A stretch of 64,000 nucleotides of DNA, from NCBI GenBank assembly GCA_963732945.1, contig CAVTBL010000017.1, positions 187,298-251,297 on the forward strand. Direction: 5' to 3'. This stretch comes from an uncultured Chloroflexia bacterium. GTDB lineage: Bacteria; Chloroflexota; Dehalococcoidia; DSTF01; WHTK01. The notes beneath the pieces are model-generated. The model had not been told where the DNA came from, did no database searches, and worked only from the letters and a program-made list of their open reading frames with translations. Below are positions 36,537-45,061 of the stretch, one piece after another. How positions within the stretch are numbered: position 1 is the stretch's first letter; every line of letters starts with the position of its first letter. The position numbers and the translations under genes were made by a program.

Positions 36537-37682
36537 ATGAAGTTCGGCATCTTTATGGCGCCATTCCACCCCGTGGGCGAGAACCCAACGCTGGCGATCG
36601 AGCGCGACTTCGAGCTGATCGAGAAGCTTGACGCGCTGGGCTACGACGAGGCCTGGGTCGGCGAGCACCACAGCGCCGGCTGGGAGACGATCGCGTCGCC
36701 GGAGGTGTTCATCGCTGCCGCCGCCGCGCGCACGAAGCACATCAAGCTCGGCACCGGCGTCGTCTCGCTGCCCTACCACCACCCGCTGATGGTCGCGGAC
36801 CGTATGGTGCTGCTCGACCACATCACGCGCGGTCGCGTCATGTTCGGCGTCGGCCCCGGCGCTCTACCGACCGACGCCCTGATGCTCGGCATCGACCCCA
36901 ATCTGCAGCGGCCGCGTATGAACGAGGCGCTGAAGGTGATCATGCGCCTGTTCAGAGACCCGGAGCCGTTCACCTACGAGAGCGACTGGTTCACCCTGCG
37001 CGAGGCGCGTCTGCAGTTGAGGCCGTTCACGCAGCCGCACATGCCCGTCGCCGTCGCGGCCGTGACTTCGCCCGCTGGCATGGTCGCGGCGGGCGAGGTC
37101 GGCGCCGGCGTGCTGACCATGGACGTGCCGCGCGGCCGCGACGCCACGGCATTGGCCGAGTTCTGGAGCATCGCCGAAGACACCGCCGACAAGCACGGCA
37201 ACGTCATGGACCGCGGCGAGTGGCGCGTCGTGCTGCACGTCCACCTGGCGGAGACCCGCGACGAGGCGCTGCGTCAGATGCAGCATCGCGGCGGACGCTA
37301 CCGCAAGGAGTACAGCGAAGGCACCACAGGCTCCGCGCAACCGACCGACTTCGGCGTCGACGAGGTCGCCGAGCATCTCGTAACGTCGGGCGCCTGGTGC
37401 GTCGGCACACCCGACGACCTGATCGAGAAGATCGAAGAGCTACAGCACTACACCGGCGGCTTCGGCGGGCTCATGGTCCAGGCCGTCGACTGGGCGAACG
37501 CCGAGCACCTGCACCATAGCTACGAGCTGCTGGCGCGCTACGTCATGCCGCACTTCCAGGGCAGCCTCGAGGGCATCATGGCGTCGAAGGCAGACGCCTC
37601 GGCGAAGCTGGCGCATCTGCGCACCGTACGCCAGGCGGCGCTGGACAAGGCCCGCGAAGACTACACGGCGGGTCGCACCTAG
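36537..37682 (+). CDS. LLM-class (luciferase-like) flavin-dependent oxidoreductase
   Basis: MKFGIFMAPFHP ... LGYDEAWVGEHHS ... typical LLM N-terminus. The internal ATG was chosen. Confidence 0.8.
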   Translation: MKFGIFMAPFHPVGENPTLAIERDFELIEKLDALGYDEAWVGEHHSAGWETIASPEVFIAAAAARTKHIKLGTGVVSLPYHHPLMVADRMVLLDHITRGRVMFGVGPGALPTDALMLGIDPNLQRPRMNEALKVIMRLFRDPEPFTYESDWFTLREARLQLRPFTQPHMPVAVAAVTSPAGMVAAGEVGAGVLTMDVPRGRDATALAEFWSIAEDTADKHGNVMDRGEWRVVLHVHLAETRDEALRQMQHRGGRYRKEYSEGTTGSAQPTDFGVDEVAEHLVTSGAWCVGTPDDLIEKIEELQHYTGGFGGLMVQAVDWANAEHLHHSYELLARYVMPHFQGSLEGIMASKADASAKLAHLRTVRQAALDKAREDYTAGRT

Positions 37683-37809
37683 ACAGACGCCGGCCCGCAT
37701 ACGACTCTCCAACCCTGTCAAGGGCTGTCCGTCCGTCGAACGAAGGGCGTGGCGGCTCTGCCCAACCTGGCGCCGGTGCTCTAATCTAAGGGTGTCGGAG
37801 GTAACACAA

Positions 37810-37905
37810 ATGAAGGGGTACTTCACCAACACCAGAGTGCTCTTCATGGTCTGGCAGGTTGAGATGCAAGGCGCTGTGAAGGCGCTTCAAGTCTCGACTC
37901 GCTAA
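37810..37905 (+). CDS. Candidate small ORF (31 aa, MKGYFTNTRVLFMVWQVEMQGAVKALQVSTR)
   Basis: GGAGG 8 nt upstream of the ATG and GC-rich third positions. No homolog that I recognise. Confidence 0.35.
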   Translation: MKGYFTNTRVLFMVWQVEMQGAVKALQVSTR

Positions 37906-38000
37906 CCGGCAGCCGTGACCAAAGCCGGGACCTCAGCCCGTAATGGGCGGCCTACTCGATTCGAGTAACCTGGTACGAACCGGGAGCCGGCCGAGACTCA
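37886..38000 (+). ncRNA. Unassigned structured region (possible ncRNA or structured 3' UTR)
   Basis: Closing helix GTCTCG...CCGGC (37890-37910) with GCCGG-C-CGAGAC (37986-37997). Internal hairpins GCCC-GTAAT-GGGC and TACTCGA-T-TCGAGTA. No match to any RNA family I can recall. Confidence 0.3.
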
Positions 38001-38028
38001 AACAAACAACGACGAACCAAATATCAAA

Positions 38029-38062
38029 CGTCCCGAGAGGTCCTCGGGGCGTTTCTCTTTCT
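38029..38062. terminator. Bidirectional intrinsic terminator
   Basis: 9-bp stem cgtcccgag / ctcggggcg, loop aggtc, with T-rich tracts on both strands (gtttctctttct and tttgatattt). Confidence 0.6.
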
Positions 38063-38097
38063 CGTTGCGTCTGTCGGGCTACAACGCCTGAGTGGCC

Positions 38098-38916
38098 TCA
38101 GGGTCCCCCGGGCGGCTCGTCGGCCGAAACGAGCGCGGGCTGCACGACAACAGCCTCTGGCACGGTTCGATGCAGCGCGACGGCGGTGCTCAGGCCCCAG
38201 ATCAGGCGGCTGCCGAGCATCAGGGCCGGGATCGGCGTCGGGAAGAAGCAGGCGATTGCGATTACGACGTTCAGCGCCGCAAGCGGTTTCGGAAACGCCG
38301 CCGAGCGCCAGATTGGATACGCGAGGATGAGCAGGCCGACGCCGAACGATACAAGCGCGGCGTACTGCAGGATCTCGTACTCATCCCCCATGGTGTCGCC
38401 GATCTCGATGATCACGGCCGGCGGCGCCAGGTGGTTCACGTAGTCGAAAGACGTTCCCACCAGGTTGCCGTACTGGCCGAACGCCGCCGCTGTAACACAC
38501 GTGCTCACGATCAAGAACATCGCCGCGAGAATCACGTAGGGCCGGTCGTCTTCGTCGACAGCGAATGCGAATCCCAGGATGATTGGCAGCGAGAAGCCCG
38601 CGGCGAATACGCCAGAGGCGCCGCTGATCTCGTAAATCTCCTTATGACTGACGATTCTGGCGAACGTCTGAGCCCAGGCGGTCTCCGTGTAGATGTCGGC
38701 GCCGACGATTCGGTACGTCAGTTGCTGAACGATAAGAAAGGTAGCGAAGAGGACTGCTGATGCTGATGCCAGCCTAATGAGGCCACTCGAGCGTTGGTCT
38801 ATCGTTGTCGGAGCCTCCCCCTCGTTCGGCTCACTGATTCTAGCCTGCACGCACCTGAGGCACCACATCTTCAGCACCAACATGCTTCGGTGTGCTGGAG
38901 GTACCCGGCCCGGCAC
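38098..38916 (-). CDS. Hypothetical polytopic membrane protein (DUF4386-like topology)
   Basis: About 6 TM segments. The start codon is uncertain because the N-terminal ~40 aa of the track ORF look non-genic. Confidence 0.6.
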   Translation of the reverse strand: MPGRVPPAHRSMLVLKMWCLRCVQARISEPNEGEAPTTIDQRSSGLIRLASASAVLFATFLIVQQLTYRIVGADIYTETAWAQTFARIVSHKEIYEISGASGVFAAGFSLPIILGFAFAVDEDDRPYVILAAMFLIVSTCVTAAAFGQYGNLVGTSFDYVNHLAPPAVIIEIGDTMGDEYEILQYAALVSFGVGLLILAYPIWRSAAFPKPLAALNVVIAIACFFPTPIPALMLGSRLIWGLSTAVALHRTVPEAVVVQPALVSADEPPGGP

Positions 38917-39160
38917 GGCCTCATTCCAACGGAAACCGCTCGTGCGACAAAGAATCTCACCCTGCCTCGACAGGCATGCTGGCCGCCGGCTCGCCTCGGA
39001 CTAGACGCTCACAGCCGCCGCGAGCCCGTCTCACGGTCACATCGAATTACCACGCGAGCATCGCCCGTCACAGAATCGCGACGCTCCGGGTAATCGCCAG
39101 CGTGCAGTGCACGAGAGAGTCGAGATGCAGCGAGGTCGAGGACGCTGAGCCAGCGAAGTA

Positions 39161-39236
39161 GTGGTGGGCGATACAGGACTTGAACCTGTGACCTCTTCCG
39201 TGTGAAGGAAGCGCTCTGCCAGCTGAGCTAATCGCC
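39161..39236 (-). tRNA. tRNA-Val (anticodon CAC), CCA encoded
   Basis: GGGCGATTAGCTCAGCTGGCAGAGCGCTTCCTTCACACGGAAGAGGTCACAGGTTCAAGTCCTGTATCGCCCACCA. Loop TTCACAC. Confidence 0.95.
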
Positions 39237-39393
39237 CCGAAAGCTTTGTGCCCGTCAATTGTACACGCAGCATCCGGCTTGCCGGAATCTGGTCCGGAGG
39301 CTATCCCATCCTGACTGGACGAGAGCGCGCACACGATAGACGAAAGGAATATGATTAGAGCCTTGACGACGTGACCAAGGGAGGAGCAGGCGC

Positions 39394-40776
39394 ATGCTGA
39401 CCAAAGAAGACAACGAGATCCTTACTCGCGTAGGCCCCGGAACCATGATGGGCAACCTGCTGCGCCGATACTGGACGCCAGCACTGCTCTCATCCGAGGT
39501 GCCGGAGCCGGACAGCCCACCGGTGCGCGTGCGACTGCTCGGCGAGGACCTGATTGCGTTTCGCGACACCGAGGGCAAGGTCGGGCTCGTAGCCAACGCC
39601 TGCCCGCACCGAGGCGCCTCGTTGTTCTTCGGCCGCAACGAAGAGGCCGGCCTGCGCTGCGTCTACCACGGCTGGAAGTTCGACACCTCGGGCGCCTGCA
39701 CCGACATGCCGTCCGAGCCCGCCGAGAGCAACTTCAAGAACAAGGTCCGGGTCCAGGCCTACCCGACGCACGAGTCGGCCGGCATTGTCTGGACCTACAT
39801 GGGCCCGGCCGAGAAGATGACCGGCTTTCGCGACTTCGGCTCCGAGAGCGTGCCGCGTGAGAAGTGGCAGGCCTTCAAGAGCATCGGCTACTGCAACTGG
39901 GTGCAGCGCATGGAGGGCAACCTCGACACGTCGCACATCTCCTGGCTGCATCAATTCAACGGCGCCCTGGACTACCCCGACGACGGAACCGACAAGCCCG
40001 GCTCCTACCCGTCGTTCGACATGTCGATCAAGATCTGGGCCCACAGCCGCGCCCCGAAGCTCGAGGTCGAGGAAAACTGGTACGGCTACAAGTACGCCGG
40101 CATCCGCGAGACGCCGAACGGCAACACCCACGTCCGGGTCACGGCCTGGGCGATTCCCTACACCTCGGTTGTCGCGAACATCCCATACGTCAACGGCGGC
40201 GGCCTCTGCGCCCCGATCGACGACGAGCACTGCTACTTCTTCTTCTACCAGAAGGACCCGAAGGAGGCCGACATCCTGGCGGCGCGCTTCGCCGGAATCG
40301 AGGGCAAGGGCCTGTTCGACAACACGCCCTACACGAACCGCCGCGGCGCCACGAACCGCCTGCGCAGCCTCGGTGCCGCCCGCCAGTGGCTACCCGAGAA
40401 CGACTACCAGGTCGACCGCGACTACAAGACCAGCCCGTTCTTCTCCGGCGTCTCGGACTTCGGCAGCCAGGACCTCATGGTCACAGAATCGCCCGGCAAG
40501 ATCTGGGACCGGTCGCAGGAGCATCTCGGCACGACCGACAAGTCGATCATCACCATGCGCAAGATCCTCCTCAAGGCCGCGAAGGACCTCGCGAACGGCA
40601 TCGAGCCGCCCTGCACCGACCCGGCGCTGCCCTACAGCGAGATTCGCGGCGCCGAGAAGGTGCTCGATGTCGGCGAGGACTGGCGGCGCCTCGGCACGAA
40701 GGACGACCCGATGTGGAAGCGCGTGCACGAAGCCATCGCCGTCGAAGCCTCGGTCGGCGGAGGTGGCGCCGGCTAA
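39394..40776 (+). CDS. Rieske [2Fe-2S] non-heme iron oxygenase, alpha-subunit type
   Basis: Rieske motif CPHRGASL...CVYHGWKF. Mononuclear iron region NLDTSHISWLH. GGGAGGAG ribosome-binding site. Confidence 0.85.
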   Translation: MLTKEDNEILTRVGPGTMMGNLLRRYWTPALLSSEVPEPDSPPVRVRLLGEDLIAFRDTEGKVGLVANACPHRGASLFFGRNEEAGLRCVYHGWKFDTSGACTDMPSEPAESNFKNKVRVQAYPTHESAGIVWTYMGPAEKMTGFRDFGSESVPREKWQAFKSIGYCNWVQRMEGNLDTSHISWLHQFNGALDYPDDGTDKPGSYPSFDMSIKIWAHSRAPKLEVEENWYGYKYAGIRETPNGNTHVRVTAWAIPYTSVVANIPYVNGGGLCAPIDDEHCYFFFYQKDPKEADILAARFAGIEGKGLFDNTPYTNRRGATNRLRSLGAARQWLPENDYQVDRDYKTSPFFSGVSDFGSQDLMVTESPGKIWDRSQEHLGTTDKSIITMRKILLKAAKDLANGIEPPCTDPALPYSEIRGAEKVLDVGEDWRRLGTKDDPMWKRVHEAIAVEASVGGGGAG

Positions 40777-40799
40777 CCGCCGCGAAGTAATCACGAATC

Positions 40800-40838
40800 A
40801 AGACGCCGCCGGGGAGACTCGGCGGCGTCTTTGCGTTT
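40800..40838 (+). terminator. Intrinsic terminator after the Rieske oxygenase gene
   Basis: 11-bp stem agacgccgccg / cggcggcgtct followed by ttgcgttt. Confidence 0.65.
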
Positions 40839-40932
40839 GAGGGATAGGGGTTTCCCAACGTTACTTCTGCTATCGTGACCAGCGCACCGCCATCGAGACG
40901 CGGTGGCTCTTTCTCTTAGACGGAGGTCGGTT

Positions 40933-42081
40933 ATGGCGGAAGTTGCGCGCGCAGACGTGGTCGGCAGCCTGTTAAGGCCTCCTTATCTACAAGAGGCTCG
41001 ACAGGCGTTTCGAGACGGCAAGATCGACAAGGCCGCGCTGCACGCCGTCGAGGACCGCGTCATCCGCGAGGACATCGCGATTCAGGAAGCAGCCGGCGTC
41101 GACGTCGTCTCCGACGGCGAGGGGCGACGCACGAACTGGATCGCCTCGGTCGACGTGACCAGCGATAAAGCCTTCGTGGCGCCGATGAAGGGTCTCGAGA
41201 TGCGCGACATCCCGCCGCCGAGCTGGTTCGCGTTCTGGCGCAACAACCAGGGCGAACGCCGCGAGATGACGCTGCGAGCCTGGAGCGTCGTCACGCAGCC
41301 GCTCAGCCTCCAGCGGGACATCGTCCTGGACGAGTACGGCTTCCTAAAGGCGCACACCGCGAAGCGCAAGAAGTACACGTTCCCGTCGCCCAGCTACCAC
41401 CGCATCTTCTGGGACGAAGCGCAGTCGAGCGGCGCCTACAAGACGGTCGACGACTTCCTCGTCGCCGTACGCGATTTCATCCGCGCCCACGTCGTCGAGC
41501 CGCTGATCGCCATGGGCTGCGACTACATCCAGATGGACGCGCCGAACTACGGTCAGAGCTACCCCGATCCCGAAGTGCGCTCGGTCATGGAGGCCGACGG
41601 CCACGACCTCGACGCGGAGCTGATCGGCGACGCCGAGATCGACAACTCGCTGTTCAAGGGCATCACCGGCGTGACGCGCGCCCTGCACGTCTGTCGCGGC
41701 AACGGTCCCAACGGCACCTGGTCGGCCGCCGGTGGCTACGACGCCTTCGCCGAGCCGATGTTCAAGCGCCTCGGCAACTACGACACGCTGCTGCTGGAGT
41801 ACGACACGCCGCGCGCCGGCGACTTCAGCCCGCTGCAGCACGTCCTGCCCGGCACCAACGTCGTGCTCGGCCTGCTCACGACCAAGGAGGGCGACCTCGA
41901 AGACGCTGCCCTGATCGAGCAGCGCATCCGCGAGGCCGCGCGCTTCGTCCCGCTGGAGAACCTGGCGCTGAGCACGCAGTGCGGCTTCGCCTCGGCCGGC
42001 GCCGGCAACCCGATCACGCCCGAAGAGCAGTCGGCGAAGCTACGCCGCGTCGTCGAGGTAGCGCGCAAGGTCTGGGGCTGA
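40933..42081 (+). CDS. Cobalamin-independent methionine synthase (MetE C-terminal domain)-like family protein
   Basis: VVGSLLRPPYL, DGEGRR and QMDAP motifs plus C-terminal STQCGFAS (Zn/homocysteine-type Cys). ATG with GGAGG 7 nt upstream. Confidence 0.8.
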   Translation: MAEVARADVVGSLLRPPYLQEARQAFRDGKIDKAALHAVEDRVIREDIAIQEAAGVDVVSDGEGRRTNWIASVDVTSDKAFVAPMKGLEMRDIPPPSWFAFWRNNQGERREMTLRAWSVVTQPLSLQRDIVLDEYGFLKAHTAKRKKYTFPSPSYHRIFWDEAQSSGAYKTVDDFLVAVRDFIRAHVVEPLIAMGCDYIQMDAPNYGQSYPDPEVRSVMEADGHDLDAELIGDAEIDNSLFKGITGVTRALHVCRGNGPNGTWSAAGGYDAFAEPMFKRLGNYDTLLLEYDTPRAGDFSPLQHVLPGTNVVLGLLTTKEGDLEDAALIEQRIREAARFVPLENLALSTQCGFASAGAGNPITPEEQSAKLRRVVEVARKVWG

Positions 42082-42084
42082 GGC

Positions 42085-42143
42085 AGCCGTTGGCGATTAG
42101 CAGTTGGCCATTAGCCAGAAGCCAACAGCCAATCGCCAACAGC
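42085..42143. repeat. Inverted repeat with (TTGGCNN)n / (NNGCCAA)n arms between convergent genes
   Basis: cgttggcgattagcagttggccattagc / cagaagccaacagccaatcgccaacagc. Same family as 35245-35337. Confidence 0.6.
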
Positions 42144-43303
42144 TACTTGCTGTAGAAGCCCCACGCTGCCTGCGACAGCGCCTTGATCACCGACGTCTCG
42201 TGGTCCGTGTCCGAGAGCGCTACAAACAGATACGGGCCCCTGGGGCCGTAGACGATGCCGACGTCGTGGGTGGCGTCGGACCAGTTGCCGGTCTTGTGCG
42301 CCACCAGCGTTCCGACCGGCACGCCGTCGACGAGGCCGTTGTCGATGCCCTCGCGCGACATGAGCCACAGCATCTCGGCGCTCGCGGGTGGGCTGATCGC
42401 CTGGCCGCGGCCGATCGCCTCCAGCAACAGCGAAACGTCGGACGCGGTGAGCGGCAGTCCGTCTTCGAATAAACCGCTGTCGCGCACGCCCAGCGCGTCG
42501 ATGGCGCGGTTCACGTTGCCGGAGCCCACGAGGTCCTGCAGCAGCACGGCCGCGGCGTTGTCCGAGATCGAGAGCATCGCGTCCATCGTGTCGGCTACCG
42601 TGAGCTGCTGGCACAGCTGGGTGCGCCGCGGCGACAGGGCGAAGGCGTCGTAGTACGGCGTCACGACCAGCTCGTCGTTCCACTTGATCAGGCCCAGCGA
42701 CTCCTGGTGGAACACCTCGTACATCACCCAGAGCTTGAACACACTGGCGGAGTTGAACACCTTGTCGGCGTTGTGCGTCGCGCCGACTCCGGTCGTCAGG
42801 TCCTTGACCACGTAGGCGTAGTCGCCCGACTCGTCGCCCAGCGCGTCGTCGAGCGCCTTCTGCAGCCCGGCGTCCTCGCTGAACGCGATCGGTTTGTACG
42901 GCTGCGGCTCGTCGGCGTCGTCGACCGTGTTCGAAGTGATACGGCCGGTATCGTCGTCACTGCCGTCGAGGCAGGCATCGGAAAACCCGACGGGACCCGG
43001 GATCAGATCGATGAGGCCCGTAGTGCCGGACGGAGCCTTGAACGGCGACGGCGCCACGGTAACTCGCGGACGCGGTGTCGGCGTCGGCGTAGCGCCGGGC
43101 GATGCCGTTCGCAGCGGCTCGACCTTCACACCCTGAGTTGGCGAACTCGTCAGCGTCGGCGTCGACCGCGGCTCGTCCGGAACGTCGGTGCAGGCGCCGA
43201 GCAGCAGCGCCGCGAGCGGCACGAACACCGCGAAACGCAGGAGCCTGGAGAGCACAAGCTGCCCCTCACCCGCCGGCTCGACTGTATCGCAGGCCCGTCT
43301 CAT
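42143..43303 (-). CDS. Class A beta-lactamase-related serine hydrolase, membrane/lipid-anchored with Pro/Thr-rich linker
   Basis: SxxK (SVFK), SDN (ISDNAAA) and KTG (HKTGNW) motifs. N-terminal TM followed by a Cys. Confidence 0.75.
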   Translation of the reverse strand: MRRACDTVEPAGEGQLVLSRLLRFAVFVPLAALLLGACTDVPDEPRSTPTLTSSPTQGVKVEPLRTASPGATPTPTPRPRVTVAPSPFKAPSGTTGLIDLIPGPVGFSDACLDGSDDDTGRITSNTVDDADEPQPYKPIAFSEDAGLQKALDDALGDESGDYAYVVKDLTTGVGATHNADKVFNSASVFKLWVMYEVFHQESLGLIKWNDELVVTPYYDAFALSPRRTQLCQQLTVADTMDAMLSISDNAAAVLLQDLVGSGNVNRAIDALGVRDSGLFEDGLPLTASDVSLLLEAIGRGQAISPPASAEMLWLMSREGIDNGLVDGVPVGTLVAHKTGNWSDATHDVGIVYGPRGPYLFVALSDTDHETSVIKALSQAAWGFYSK

Positions 43304-43401
43304 TTACAACTTATGGACAGTCAGGCGGCAGACGTGACGAATCGGCGGGCAGGCCGCCGATTCGCCACGTCACACCGTGAAAGTCTGGTGTCGTTGTCGC
43401 G

Positions 43402-44928
43402 TTACGCCACGCTGCTCGACTCGATCTGCTTCATGTGGTGCGAGATCGAGAGGTCGCGCAGCTGGTGCTTCAGCCAGTCACTCGTCTGGTGCGCCGCGAT
43501 CGCGTCGCGCAGAGCTGCGGCGCGCCGCTGACGCTCCTTGCACGGCATCGCCAGCGCCTTCTCCAGCGTCTCGGCCGTGTCGACGATGTCGAACGGGTTG
43601 ACCGGCAGCGCGCCGAAGCGCAGCTCGTCGTACGCGCCGGCCGTGACCGACAGCGCCAGCACGCCATCGACCTCGTTGAGCACCGGCCCCTCCTTGGCGA
43701 CGAGGTTCATCCCGTCGGCGACGGAGTTGACCAGCAAGACGTCGTACAGAGTCAGACCGGCCAGCGCCTGCACGCGGTTATGCTCATGGAATACCTGGAT
43801 CGGCGTCCAGTCTGGCGTGCCGTACTTGTGGTTGATCGCGTCGACCAGGTTGAAGACGCGCCGCTTGTAGCCCGCGTACTCCTCGATGCCGCCTCGCGAC
43901 GGTACGAGGAACGCAAGGAAGCGCACGTGGCCACGCAGACGCGGGTCGCGCTGCAGCAGCAGGTCGAAGGCCTCGAAGCCGTCGGCGATGTTCTTGCTCG
44001 GGTCGAGCCGGTCGACGCGCACGATCGTCTTCATGTCTTCGGGCGCTTCGAGCGCCAGGCGGTACTGCTCCAGCGTCGGCTGGGCGCGCAGCGAGGTCAG
44101 CTCCGAGCTGTCGAGCGAGACCGGATTGGACCATACGAACGTCGTCTGACCCAGGTACTCGACCTCGCCCTGTCGCTCGAGCACCCTGGCGCGGTCGCCC
44201 AGGTAGGCGCGGCAGGTCGCCAGGAAACCGGCAACCGAGGCCTCGGTCTGGAAGACGATGCTGTCGTTGGCCAGCAGGCCGGCGCAGATGCGGCGCACCA
44301 GCGTATCGGGCAGCTGGCTCCAGGCGGTCGGGCCCGGCCAGGGGATATGCACGAAGTGCTGTAGCGCGGCGCGAGGCTTGGCGGCGCGGATCAGGCGTGG
44401 CGCCAGGTAGAGGTGGTAGTCGTGCAGCATGACCTGGGTGTCGCTGCCGTCGCCGTCGATCTCGTCCGCGACCGCGTCGGCGAACGCCTGGTTGATCGGC
44501 ACGTAACCATCGTGCCAGGAATCGAGCGCCAGCGTCGAAAGGTCGCGCGAGGTCAGCAGGTGCCCAATCGAGTGCTGGACGAACCAGAGGATCGGGTTGC
44601 AGAACGATTCGTAGTAAGTCTGGTAGGCCTTTTCGTCCAGGTGGACGAGGCGAAGATCGCTGTCGCGTCCGATTTGAGATCGCTGGCCAAGAATGGCGAC
44701 CGTCTTGTCGGCTTCGCTGCCGGCCGAGGCGATCCAGGTAACGGGTTGCTGTCGTGCGACGCTCGCAAGCGCCGTCGCTACGCCGCCAGCCGCGTCGCGC
44801 CGGCGGATTCGTCCAGAGTCGTCGAATATGTGCTCGATGGGCCCGCGGTTGCTGACCATGACCAGCTTCCGGGGCTTGGTGCCGTAGGGCCTCGAGGGAC
44901 TATGGGCGGGTGTTACCTGGGCTAGCAT
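43402..44928 (-). CDS. GT20 family glycosyltransferase, trehalose-6-phosphate synthase-like
   Basis: VMVSNRGP ... GGVATAL ... LHDYHLYLAP ... VNSVADGMNLVAKE. Start moved to the ATG at 44928 (GGAGGAG ribosome-binding site), because the track's TTG at 45012 lies in the terminator tail of the riboswitch. Confidence 0.8.
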   Translation of the reverse strand: MLAQVTPAHSPSRPYGTKPRKLVMVSNRGPIEHIFDDSGRIRRRDAAGGVATALASVARQQPVTWIASAGSEADKTVAILGQRSQIGRDSDLRLVHLDEKAYQTYYESFCNPILWFVQHSIGHLLTSRDLSTLALDSWHDGYVPINQAFADAVADEIDGDGSDTQVMLHDYHLYLAPRLIRAAKPRAALQHFVHIPWPGPTAWSQLPDTLVRRICAGLLANDSIVFQTEASVAGFLATCRAYLGDRARVLERQGEVEYLGQTTFVWSNPVSLDSSELTSLRAQPTLEQYRLALEAPEDMKTIVRVDRLDPSKNIADGFEAFDLLLQRDPRLRGHVRFLAFLVPSRGGIEEYAGYKRRVFNLVDAINHKYGTPDWTPIQVFHEHNRVQALAGLTLYDVLLVNSVADGMNLVAKEGPVLNEVDGVLALSVTAGAYDELRFGALPVNPFDIVDTAETLEKALAMPCKERQRRAAALRDAIAAHQTSDWLKHQLRDLSISHHMKQIESSSVA

Positions 44929-45018
44929 TGCTCCTCCGAGTTCTGGCATCCGTGCCCCGGATACCTCGGGAGGAGGGTTCGGCTGGCGTTGGAGAGACTG
45001 CTCCGGCTGCAAAGCAAG

Positions 45019-45053
45019 GAGGAAAAGAAACAGCCGGAGGATGCCCCCGGCTG
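45019..45053 (-). terminator. Riboswitch expression-platform terminator
   Basis: Minus strand CAGCCGGGGG-CAU-CCUCCGGCUG (10 bp including one G-U) followed by UUUCUUUUCC. Confidence 0.7.
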
Positions 45054-45061
45054 TCAGCCGA

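Noticed and set aside
37740-37830. Guanidine-I (ykkC) riboswitch, suggested by CTAAGGGTGTCGG, and RNase P or SRP RNA, suggested by short strings such as AAAGCCGGGAC and a GTAA loop
   Set aside because: The diagnostic blocks are either absent or spaced hundreds of nucleotides apart, in an order incompatible with the known folds. The similarity is limited to 6-10 nt strings.
37990-38097. tmRNA, suggested by the aacaacgacgaa... string that resembles an SsrA tag-coding region
   Set aside because: There is no tRNA-like domain: no GGGG 5' end, T-arm GTTCGA.TCC or CCACCA 3' end. There is also no ...ALAA-type tag ending. The resemblance is confined to a few A/C-rich codons.
44929-45012. N-terminal extension of the GT20 gene from a TTG at 45012
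   Set aside because: That start lies in the U-tract/downstream flank of the riboswitch terminator and has no ribosome-binding site. The ATG at 44928 has a GGAGGAG Shine-Dalgarno sequence and gives a normal GT20 N-terminus.
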